DNA from: Eledone cirrhosa
Taxonomy: Eukaryota
Assembly (NCBI GenBank): GCA_964016885.1
Contig: OZ024741.1
Coordinates: forward strand, 399,032,001-399,096,000
Direction: 5' to 3'
Length of the DNA: 64,000 bases
Each line of letters begins with the position of its first letter. The stretch's first letter is position 1. The notes under the pieces are model-generated. The model searched no databases and was not told where the DNA came from. It saw only the letters and a list, made by a program, of their open reading frames with translations. Below, one piece after another: positions 1 through 12,836 of this stretch. A program made the translations under genes and the position numbers.

Positions 1-170
1 AGTGTCCATATGTATACATGTACATATGTATACATGTGTGTATTTATATGCATACTAGTACTTCCGTATACATATGTAGATGTACACTTTAACTTGATTG
101 TTTAAGCGCCAGTCATACAAAAGTGAGTTACAAGCGAAACGAAATTTAATTTCGTTTCGTTATTTGTTTT
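1..170 (+). mobile_element. Diverged 3' part of the 428-bp HHR (retrozyme-like) family X, ending in (TA)n
   Basis: Similar by eye to 26185-26339 (…TTTAAG…CAGTCATAC…GAG…GAAATTTAATTTCGTTTC…TTT then TA repeat); truncated by window edge. Confidence 0.5.
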
Positions 171-193
171 TATATATATATATATATATATAT

Positions 194-546
194 AAACGGA
201 AAAAATGAAACGAAATTTCATTTCCCACTCTTAGTACGGCTGTTACTTAAATATAAGTATGTATACGTACATACATATATGTATACAGACATACAGTAGT
301 ATGTATATATATATACATACATGCACACATATATATATATGTACGTATGGATTCACCAAACATTTATTATAATGCACGGTGTGTTTGTAAACAAACATCC
401 CGTATTAATCCGTAGTGTCTAGCAACCACCGTCGCTCGTTTGTTCAACACTGACAAAGGAACGCTGTACTAGTTTCAAGCTTGTTAGCTATAAGTAACAG
501 CCGTACTAAGAGTGGGAAATGAAATTTCGTTTCATTTTTTCCGTTT
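194..546. mobile_element. Family X head-to-head element: minus arm 194-491 (truncated within HHR stem II) plus short plus arm 491-546
   Basis: ~55-bp inverted ends AAACGGAAAAAATGAAACG…GTTACTTA, flanked by (TA)n; near-identical to 25567-25865. Confidence 0.85.
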
Positions 547-551
547 ATATG

Positions 552-702
<151 letters not shown>

Positions 703-715
703 ATATTTATATGCC

Positions 716-796
716 ACCACCATCTATTAGTAGGACCAACTGTAACACCACCAACACCACCATCTATTAGTAGGACCAACTGTAACACCACCACCG
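716..796. repeat. ~40-bp tandem duplication
   Basis: CACCACCATCTATTAGTAGGACCAACTGTAACACCACCA twice. Confidence 0.85.
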
Positions 797-894
797 CCAC
801 CATCCACAAGATCTACAACCATACCACTTCTACCACCATTACCTAAATCTCCGCCACCACAACTAGTATCGTAGTTTCACCAATCACAGTATCT

Positions 895-1240
895 ATTATT
901 TTAGTAAAAAGTGAGACAAACTATAAGGTAGGAGCATAAGGCCTGAAGAGGTGATGTTTCATTCATCATTTAATTATATAAAAAATAAAAAAAAATACTG
1001 GATGAAGAAAATCTGTCATTAAGTAGGAATATTCAATTGAGAACATCCCATGACAGAATTAACTAAAAATGACAATCGTGTCCACCACCAATGTATTATT
1101 TTAGTAAAAGTGAGACAAACTATAAGGTAGGAGCATAAGGCCTGAAGAGGTGATGTTTCATTCATCGTTTAATTATATATATAGAAAAACTAGATGAAGA
1201 CAATGTGTGGTTAAGTAGGAATATATTACTGACAACATTG
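895..1240. repeat. Imperfect ~200-bp-period direct duplication
   Basis: TATTATTTTAGTAAAA…GCCTGAAGAGGTGATGTTTC… at ~895 and ~1095. Confidence 0.8.
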
Positions 1241-1539
1241 AATACCAGAATTAGTAGAAATATTTCAGCTAAAAATCCTGTCCACCATCAATGGATGGAA
1301 TATATTTCGCTAGAAGACACAACACTAAACATATTTACCAATACCGACTGTCTTATTTACTTATTTATTTATTTATTTGTTTATCTATTTGTTTGTTTAT
1401 CGATTTATTTGTTTGTTTGTTTGTTTATTTATATATTTATTTGTTTGTTTGTATGCATATTTGGTTAATTTATTTTCATTTTCCATCATCTGAAGACAGA
1501 TTGTATTGTGTTCGCAATAAATACATACATATATACATA

Positions 1540-1619
1540 CATACATGATGGCTTCCCCCTCGTTATCGAGTATGGCCATTGCACGAGATAAAAACAACAA
1601 CAACAACAACAACAACAAC

Positions 1620-1668
<49 letters not shown>

Positions 1669-2363
1669 TAATAATAACGACAACAACAACAATAACAATA
1701 ATAATATACACATATATATATACACACACACACTCATAAACATATCTACACACACACACACACACGATAGCAACTAACAGCGCTGCGACCGAATGTGGCT
1801 TTTTAGCCCAGCCAATGATCTAAAATGTCTTGCACAGAGTCGGCAACCAAAACATTCACTGGGAATAGTCGGCTGTGGCTGGAGTTCGTGTACTTTTGCA
1901 TGTCGCTTGAGCCCTCCTGCTGATTTACATTCTCTACCACATGTTTGGCAAGCATGATGAGTAGCATCTCCAACAGCAGCCTGGTAGTCAACCACTGGTC
2001 TTACTTTATGACTGCGAAGATGACTTTCGAGTCCAGCTTTGCTTAGGCAGAGTCTCGCACAGACGCTGCATGTCAGCACCATAGGAGGACCCTCGCCGTC
2101 TGGAAGTGCAACAGCAATGCCCTTCCTCACATCCCGCTTTATTTTCTCGTATGCGATTCGAGATGCCTCAAAGGCAACTTTTCCCTCATATACAGTCTTT
2201 CTCCATTTATTACGATCAGCAGCAATATTTTCCCATGTATCAGCAGAGATGTTAGCGTCTTTCAGAGAGGCTTTCAAGGAATCCTTATACCTCTTTTTTG
2301 GTTTATGTGGCGGTCGTTTTCCTTTAACCAACTCTCCATAAAAGAGTTGTTTTGGTATTCTAG
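1540..2363 (-). mobile_element. 5'-truncated RTE-clade LINE: ORF C-terminus with three C2H2 zinc fingers, 3' UTR and (ATGT)n tail
   Basis: Frame 2363-1774 reads RIPKQLFYGELVKGKR…KRYKDSLK…WENIAADRNKWR (RTE C-terminal signature), then CSVC…HLRSH, CQTC…HAKVH, CRLC…HIRS; terminal GGCCATACTCGATAACGAG…GCCATC(ATGT) at 1540-1580 matches other RTE ends here. Confidence 0.85.
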
Positions 2364-3611
2364 ACATACATACATACTGACATACATACATACATACTGA
2401 CATACATACATACATACTGACATACATACATACACACTGACATACATACATACACACTGACATACATACATACATACATACTGACATACATACATACATA
2501 CTGACATACACACTGACATACATACATACACACAGACATACATACATACACACTGACATACACACAGACATACATACATACACACTGACATACATACATA
2601 CACACTGACATACATACATACACACTGACATACATACATACATACTGACATACATACATACACACTGACATACATACATACACACTGACATACATACATA
2701 CATACTGACATACATACATACATACTGACATACATACATACACACTGACATACATACATACATACTGACATACATACATACATACTGACATACATACATA
2801 CACACTGACATACATACATACTGACATACATACATACACACTGATATACATACATACTGACATACATACATACACACTGACATACATACATACATACACA
2901 CTGACATACATGCATACATACATACTGACATACATACTTACATACTGACATACATACATACATACTGACATACATACATACACACTGACATACATACATA
3001 CATACATACATACTTACATACTGACATACATGCATACACACTGACATACATGCATACATACTGACATACATACTTACATACTGACATACATACATACACA
3101 CTGACATACATGCATACATACTGACATACATACATACATACTGACATACATACACACTGACATACATACATACATACATACTGACATACATACTTACATA
3201 CTGACATACATACATACATACTGACATACATACATACACACTGACATACATACATACTGACATACATACATACATACTGACATACATACATACATACTGA
3301 CATACATACTTACATACTGACATACATACATACACACTGACATACATGCATACATACTGACATACATACATACACACTGATATACATACATAGATACTGA
3401 CATACATACATACACACTGACATACATACATACACACTGACATACATACATACATACTGACATACATACATACATACTGACATACATACACACTGACATA
3501 CATACATACATACATACATACTGACATACATACATACATACATACATACATACATACATACATACATACATACATACATACATACATACATACATACATA
3601 CACACTGACAT
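2364..3611. repeat. Compound (CATA)n/CTGA minisatellite
   Basis: Units such as CATACATACATACACACTGA; source of the spurious MYVC ORFs. Confidence 0.95.
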
Positions 3612-4108
3612 ATATTGGTGAGACAGATGGCACTAAGGAATACTGGTGGAACCTGAAAATAAAAACTGCCACCAAATTAAAGCACAAGCGGCCTGATATT
3701 GTTGTTTGGGACCACACATTGAAAACGTGTTCTGTTGTGGAGATCAGCTGCCCACTTGATGTAAACGTTGTCAGAAAAATACAGGAGAAGGAGGACATCT
3801 ACGGACCATTGATGAGGAGTTTACAAATCCAGTATCCAAGATACACCTTTAGCTTCATACCCATCATTATTGGAGCTACGAGTTATATACCAACCCGCTT
3901 GGACCAAAGTATGACTGAACTTGGATTTGCGGACAAAAAGCGCAGCTCCCTAATTCATAGTCTACAAATGGCTGCGATAGCTGGCACCTTCAAAATTTGC
4001 AAAACATTCTTGCGATTCAAGGGATGATAATTTCTTTTCTTTTACAACCTTGCCACCAGGAAGGTGGCCGGTCAAAAAAATATACTCGAAATTAAGAGAA
4101 AGAGATAA
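3611..4108 (+). mobile_element. 5'-truncated RLE-type non-LTR retrotransposon (R4/Dong-like): C-terminal endonuclease plus 3' UTR
   Basis: Open frame 3611-4027 YWWNLKIKTATKLKHKRPDIVVWD…VVEISCP…QEKEDIY…FIPIIIGA: PD-(D/E)xK-type RLE motif; (CATA)n on both sides. Confidence 0.8.
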
Positions 4109-4742
4109 CATACATACATACATACATACATACATACATACATACATACATACATACATACATACATACACACTGACATACATGCATACATACATACATA
4201 AATACATACATAGACACTGACACAGACAAGAGAGGGAGAGAGAGAGAGAGTGAGAAAGAGAGACTGAGAGAGAGAGAGACTGAGAGAGAGAGTGGGAGAG
4301 AGAGAGACTGAGAGAGAGACTGAGCGAGAGAGAGAGAGTAGGAGAGAGAGACTGAGAGAGAGAGACTGAGCGAGAGAGAGAGGGAGATACACAAACACAC
4401 ACATAGATACAAATTAAACACAAACATGTGTAAAGACTTATAGATATATGTCCTTACTCGAAAGCCCCCCCCCCCACACCCAAGTTCACATTGCTAGAAC
4501 ACATACTTAAACATATAGACACACACACACACACAGACAGCCAAACACACACAGACAGACAGCCAAACACACACACACACACACAGACAGCCAAACACAC
4601 ACACACACATACAGCCAAACACACACACACACAGACAGCCAAACACACACACACAGAGACAGTAAACACACACAGACAGACAAACACAGACAGAAAAACA
4701 CACACACAGACAGACAAACACACACACACGCCAACAATAATA

Positions 4743-4948
4743 ATACTTTAGGCACAAGGCCAGCAATTTAGGGAGAGGGGAAAGTTCCTTAAGACGACCC
4801 CAGCGCATTACTGGTACTTTATTTTATCGACCCCTGTAAGGATAGAATGCAAAGCTAACCTCGGTGAGATTTAAACTAAGAACGTAATGGGCCGTAACTT
4901 TATGCAGCCAACCATGTTGTCCGATGCTCTACCGATTCTGCCTATTCA
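4743..4948 (-). mobile_element. tRNA-derived SINE (family S1)
   Basis: Reverse-complement match to 29009-29200. Confidence 0.8.
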
Positions 4949-4957
4949 TCTGATAAT

Positions 4958-5117
4958 AATTGTTTCTACTTTAGGCACAAGGCCAGCAATTATCCAGTAC
5001 ATTACTGGTACTTTATTTTATCGACCCCGTAAGGATGAAAGGCAAAGTTAACCTCGGCGGGATTTGAACTCAGATCGTAAAAACCGAGGTTCTACCGATA
5101 CTGTCAATCCACCACCA
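4958..5117 (-). mobile_element. tRNA-derived SINE (family S1)
   Basis: B-box GAGTTCAAATCCC on minus strand; core CCTTTCATCCTTACGGGGTCGATAAA. Confidence 0.85.
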
Positions 5118-5307
5118 ATCCACCACCCTCACACACCACCAATGATATTGGTGTTAATGTTAAAATGATGCGTCCACAAGACAACATAAATCTGCTCTGA
5201 GCCACTGAACAAAGAATGACAACCGTGTGTCTGCAATTAACCGAAGACAATGAAATATACTAACTCCTGAAGAGATCTATTTCAGTTGTTTTATATTGTG
5301 TAGGTTA

Positions 5308-5393
<86 letters not shown>

Positions 5394-5521
5394 TAAAAAT
5401 TAGCGAGAATCGAATTTCAGCTCAGGAATTAACGAAAAACACTTCCGAGTTGTGTGGCAAGCGCTCGATAATTCATATGAATTAGAGCTTACAGCTTATA
5501 TAAATATATATATATGTATAT

Positions 5522-5696
5522 AACGAAGGAAATGTGGTAAGGAACCAGATGGACCATAACGCACCAAAGTACTCAATGCTTAGGGTAGTAGAGTGGCTAA
5601 TAGGAACAAGTATGACCCCGACGGCAGAGTTCAAGCCGTCCAGAATTAGCCGTCGAAACGGCTTGAGCTCTGCCGTCGGGGTCATACTTGTTCCTA
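5522..5696. mobile_element. Family A tail+hairpin mini-element (HHR 3' half), Penelope-like-derived
   Basis: ~75-bp tail plus inverted arms; GAA-ACGGC-TTGAGCTCT-GCCGT-C-GGGGTC; (TA)n on both sides. Confidence 0.8.
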
Positions 5697-5794
5697 TATA
5701 TATATATATATGAACACACACATATATATATATATGAAGAAATATATTAGTTTTACGCTTAAAAGACTGATAATATCTGAAAATGGTTCATATT

Positions 5795-5861
<67 letters not shown>

Positions 5862-6031
5862 TATATACACCAAGTTATATACCCTAAAAGAAGCTATTAG
5901 GACTAACTGGCTCTTAACGTTAAGTGTTTTTACAGTAGCATGACATTGGAAGTGACGACTGAAACAATATACAAAGCCAAGTAACAATCATATACTAATA
6001 TATACTAATAGTATATATTAATATACTAATG

Positions 6032-6276
<245 letters not shown>

Positions 6277-6326
6277 TAATATACACATATGTATACTAAT
6301 ATTTACTTATGTATATATATATATAG

Positions 6327-6497
6327 TTGTATGGTTGTAATAAATGCGTCTGTAGGCGGTATGCCGTTTGAGAACTCGATGCTCGCGCAGAGCAGAGTAT
6401 ATTATCTGTAACAGATCCTACCTTGAGGTGATCGTCGGAGAGACATATGTAATATGTTAATAAATTGTGTTTTGATGAATCACTGATTCCTCGTTAT

Positions 6498-6503
<6 letters not shown>
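6327..6503 (+). mobile_element. Possible short solo LTR or unclassified insert in (TA)n
   Basis: Unique ~175 bp starting near TGT, AATAAA near 3' end, TA repeats on both sides; no second copy. Confidence 0.25.
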
Positions 6504-6543
<40 letters not shown>

Positions 6544-6609
6544 GGGATACTATTTATGGTTATGTATATATTAAAACTTTTTATAGTTATATATTTAAAC
6601 CCTAAACAG

Positions 6610-7558
<949 letters not shown>

Positions 7559-7934
7559 TAGTATATAAAGGGAGGAGTGCGGGACAGCGCCCGTTTTATA
7601 TTTTTTAATCTCGTTAGTCAAATAAGTTGGATTATTTAAAATAAATAATGAATGAATATTATGTAATTTATCTACTAAATTTCGTAGCTCTTGATTAAAC
7701 ATAAATATTCTTATATATAAAGTATTGCTTATTTTAAGATTCACTTCTTTAAAATTTTCAAATGTCAACACTTCCGGTTAGTGTCCGTTATATTATAACA
7801 TTTATTACATCGCTTATACAAACCTTCATATATTTGCATCGTTATATAAGGTTTATATTTCCGTCGCTAATTTTCTCCTTTTTCGTTTTCATAACATTTT
7901 AGTTTATTATATATGCAGTTTATATATAATTATT

Positions 7935-8102
7935 ACTACTTTTGGCACAAGGCCAGCAATTACCCAGTACATTACTGGTACTTTATTTTATCGATCCCGT
8001 AAGGATGAAAGGCAAAGTTAACCTCGGCGGGATTTGAACTCAGACCGTAAAGGGACGTAACTATGCTGAAAAGCATGGCGACTCTCTAACGATACTGCCA
8101 AT
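7935..8102 (-). mobile_element. tRNA-derived SINE (family S1)
   Basis: Match to 29009-29200. Confidence 0.85.
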
Positions 8103-8429
8103 ATCATCTCTTTTTACTGTATCATGGATTACTTTACTGATTACAGAAGAGAGTGTAATACAGTCTCTTTTCAATTTCTGTGCATATTGTCAATTACGAT
8201 TTCATTTGACGTATATCTACATGCATATATACTTGGATATAATATCAATATACACACTACACATGCTAGCAGGTAACCACACGAAGGGTGGTTTTCTGCT
8301 AGTTATTGTAATAAAAGAATTAAGCTAGATAAACCCTAGAAAGTATTTATAGATATTTACTGAAAATACAATGTACAGATCGTATTTTAGAATGTTTCTT
8401 TTAAATATATACTGGCTGCTTTTTTACCA

Positions 8430-8461
<32 letters not shown>

Positions 8462-8462
<1 letters not shown>

Positions 8463-8550
8463 ATTGAACAAGTGGAGAATAACAAGGTCAACAGTACAAA
8501 AAGGGGATTTATTTGCAGTCTAACAATTGTTTCACTGATAGAGTTCTCTA
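8462..8550 (-). mobile_element. Penelope-like 3' remnant (HHR 3' half plus polyA signal) ending in (TA)n
   Basis: Minus strand GAAACAATTGTT…AATAAA…then TA repeat. Confidence 0.45.
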
Positions 8551-8572
8551 AAAATTGCTGAACACTAAAAGC

Positions 8573-8722
8573 AGTGCATTACTGGTACTTTATTTTATCG
8601 ACCCCGTAAGGATGAAAGGCAAAGCTAACCTCGGCGGGATTTGAACTCAGATCGTAAAGGGACGTAACTCTTTGAGTCAAAGCATGGCGTCCGACCCTCT
8701 ATCTATACTGCCAATCCACCGT
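8573..8722 (-). mobile_element. tRNA-derived SINE (family S1)
   Basis: Match to 29009-29200. Confidence 0.85.
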
Positions 8723-8744
8723 ATAATGTTAGGTGTGCAACAAC

Positions 8745-9092
8745 AGTTAAAGGCGGCGCACCGTTTGAAGCACTCAATACTGTTACGAGGTCCGTTTGGG
8801 TTGTATTCCAATGTTATGGCCCTAGTGTGCAGATTCTAAATAGATTTAAAAGAGTTGAACTCAGTATTGCAGCATAAGTACAAACTTGGTTTTCTTATTG
8901 CAATTGTTTCGATATCGACATCTCGCCATATATGAGAGCTTTATCTTTGCTCGCATATGTGACGAGATGTCGAAAAAGAGTTGGCCCCGACCTCGTGGTT
9001 CTACCCAGAGATGATCGATAATGAAACAGTTGTAATATGGATATCAATGTTGTACACATGCTGCAACACTGACTACGACTCTTTTAAATATC
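8745..9092. mobile_element. Family E old head-to-head element
   Basis: Tail with GCACTCAATA (8770); diverged inverted arms ~8840-8925/9008-9092, each with GAAACA(A/G)TTG. Confidence 0.6.
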
Positions 9093-9094
9093 TC

Positions 9095-9166
9095 TCACTC
9101 TCTGTGTCACACACACACAATCTCTCTCTCTCACACACACACAATCTCTCTCTCTCACACACACAC

Positions 9167-9197
<31 letters not shown>

Positions 9198-9204
9198 TAT
9201 ACAC

Positions 9205-9240
<36 letters not shown>

Positions 9241-9651
9241 GCAAACAATCTCTCTCTCTCTCTCACACACACAATCTCTCTCTCTCTCACACACACACAA
9301 TCTCTCTCTCTCACACACACACAATCTCTCTCTCACACACAATCTCTCTCTCTCACACAATCTCTCTCTCTCTCCCTCTCACACACACACAATCTCTCTC
9401 TCTCTCTCACACACACACAATCTCTCTCTCTCACACACACACAATCTCTCTCTCTCTCACACACACAATCTCTCTCTCTAACACACACACAATCTCTCAC
9501 TCTCTCTCACACACACAATCTCTCTCTCTCACACAATCTCTCTCTCTCTCTCTCACACACACACAATCTCTCTCTCTCTCTCACACGCACACAAACTCTC
9601 TCTCTCTCTCACGCACACACAATCTCTCTCTCTCTCTCACACACACACACA

Positions 9652-9685
<34 letters not shown>

Positions 9686-9708
9686 ATCTCTCTCTCTCAC
9701 ACACACAA

Positions 9709-9741
<33 letters not shown>

Positions 9742-9826
9742 ATCTCTCTCTCTCACATACAATCTCTCTCTCTCACTCTCTCTCTCTCTCTCACACACAC
9801 AATCTGACTCTCTCACACACACACAA

Positions 9827-9895
<69 letters not shown>

Positions 9896-9896
9896 A

Positions 9897-9931
<35 letters not shown>

Positions 9932-10625
9932 ATCTCTCTCTCTCTCTCACACAACACACACACAATCTCTCTCTCTCACATACAATCTCTCTCTCTCACT
10001 CTCTCTCACTCACACACACAATCTGACTCTCTCACACACACACAATCTCTCTCACTCTCTCTCTCTCTCTCTCTCACAACACACACACAATCTCTCTCTC
10101 TCTCACACACACACAATTCTATCTCTCACTCTCTCTCACACACACAATCTCTCTCTCTCTCACACAGACAATCTTCTCTCACCTCCTCCACACACACACA
10201 ATCTCTCTCTACTCACACACACACAATCTCTCTCCCTCCTCACAACACAATCTCAACTCCCCCACACACACACAACACACCCCCCCCACAACACACAACT
10301 CTCTCTCCTCTCTCTCTCTCACACACACAATCTCTCTCCTCTCACACACACAACCTCTCTCTCTCTCTCACTCATCACACACACAAACAACTCCCCTCTC
10401 ACACACACACAACCTCACCCTCTCCACACACACAAAATCTCCCTCTCCTAATACACACAATCCTTCTCTCTCCCTCCTCTCTCTCTCTCACACACACACA
10501 CAATCCCTCCCTCTCTCACACACACACACACAATCTCTCTCTTCTCTCACACACACACAATCTCTCCCCCACACACACACAATCTCACTTCACTCACACA
10601 CAACAATCTCTCTCCTCTCACACAC

Positions 10626-10672
<47 letters not shown>

Positions 10673-11015
10673 ATCTCTCTCTCCTCACACACACACACAA
10701 CACCTCACCACACACACAACACACCCTCTCCCTCACACACACAATTCCCCCCTCTCCCCATACACACACAATCTCCTCTCCCTCACACACACACACAACC
10801 ACTCCCCACTCTCACTCACACACACACAATCTCTCTCACACACACACACAACTCACTTCACTCACACACACAATCACTCTCTCTCTCTCACACACACAAT
10901 CTCTCTCTCACTCACTCTCTCACTCTCACACACACACACAATCTCTCTCTCACACTCTCACATACACAACTCACTCACACACACACACACAAACTCACTC
11001 ACTCCACACACACAA

Positions 11016-11057
<42 letters not shown>

Positions 11058-11340
11058 CTCTCACTCTCTCTCACACATACACAATCCTCTCTCTCACACA
11101 CACAACTCTCTCTCTCTCTCACACACACACAATCTCTCTCTCTCTCACTCTCTCCTCACACACACACAATCTCTCTCACACACCATCTCTCTCTCTCTCA
11201 CACACACAATCTCTCACCTCTCTCTCTCTCTCTCTCACACACAATCTCTCTGTCTCTCTCACAAACAATCTTCTCTCTCTCACACACACACAATCTCTCT
11301 CTCTTCTCTCACACACACACCATCTCTCTCTCTCTCACAC

Positions 11341-11387
<47 letters not shown>

Positions 11388-11595
11388 ATCTCTTCTCTCT
11401 CTCACACACAATCTCTCTCTCTCTCTCTCTCACACAATCTCTCTCTCTCTCTCTCACACACAATCTCTCTCTCTCTCTCTCACACACACAATCTCTCTCT
11501 CTCTCTCACACACACACAATCTCTCTCTCTCTCACAAACACACAATCTCTCTCTCTCTCACACACACACAATCTCACTCTCTCTCACACACACAA

Positions 11596-11632
<37 letters not shown>

Positions 11633-11709
11633 ATCCCTCTCGCTCTCACACACACACAATCTCTCTCTCTCTCACACACACACAATCTCACTCTCTCTCA
11701 CACACACAA

Positions 11710-11742
<33 letters not shown>

Positions 11743-11983
11743 ATCTCTCTCTCTCTCACACACACACCATCTCTCTCTCTCTCACACACGATCTCTCTCT
11801 CTCTCTCTCCCTCTCTCTCTCACACACACAATCCCTCTCGCTCTCACACACACACAATCTCTCTCTCTCTCACACACACACACAATCTCACTCTCTCTCA
11901 CACACACAATCTCTCTCTCTCACTCTCACACACACACAATCTCTCTCTCTCTCACACACACACCATCTCTCTCTCTCTCACAC

Positions 11984-12018
<35 letters not shown>

Positions 12019-12047
12019 CACACACAATCTCTTTCTCTCTCTCACAC

Positions 12048-12088
<41 letters not shown>

Positions 12089-12206
12089 CACACACAATCT
12101 CTTTCTCTCTCTCACACACACAATCTCTCTCTCTCACACACACACAATCTCTCTCTTACTCTCACACACACACAATCTCTCCCGCTCTCATACACACACA
12201 CGTACT

Positions 12207-12238
<32 letters not shown>

Positions 12239-12300
12239 GTACTCCTCTCTCCCCCTCTCTCTCTCTCTCTCACCCTCTCTGTCTCGCTGTCTCACTCTCT
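9095..12300. repeat. Compound (TC)n(AC)nAA minisatellite
   Basis: Unit ~22 bp TCTCTCTCTCACACACACACAA, irregular in the centre. Confidence 0.95.
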
Positions 12301-12352
12301 ATGTCTCTGTCTCTCTCTCTCACCCCCTCTCTCCATCTCTCTCTCTCTTTCA

Positions 12353-12392
<40 letters not shown>

Positions 12393-12497
12393 CTATATGT
12401 GTCTCTGTCTCTCTCTCTCTGTCTCTATCTCTGTCACCCACTCTCTCTCCGTCATGCACACACAATCTCACCCCCTGTCACCCCCCCCCTCTCTCTC

Positions 12498-12577
<80 letters not shown>

Positions 12578-12836
12578 AATTATTGTGTACAGTGCTCAGG
12601 TGCACTACAACTCATCAAAGGTGCATGTATAGTACATAGAATAATGTACAAATGTCAGGAAAATAAACAGTGTATGAGTCATGATATAATAACAATAACA
12701 ATAATGAAATATTGTGCACAGTGCCCAGGTGCACCACAACCCATCAAAAAAGTGCATGTACAGTACATAGGGCAATGCACAAACATCAGTAAAATGAACA
12801 GTGCACACATGTGTGCATGTGTATGGAAGGGGCACA

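Noticed and set aside
940-1175. CTGAAGA motifs as hammerhead cores (also 5266, 23039, 23149, and CTGATGA at 34331)
   Set aside because: No correctly placed GAAA/stem III/NUH downstream
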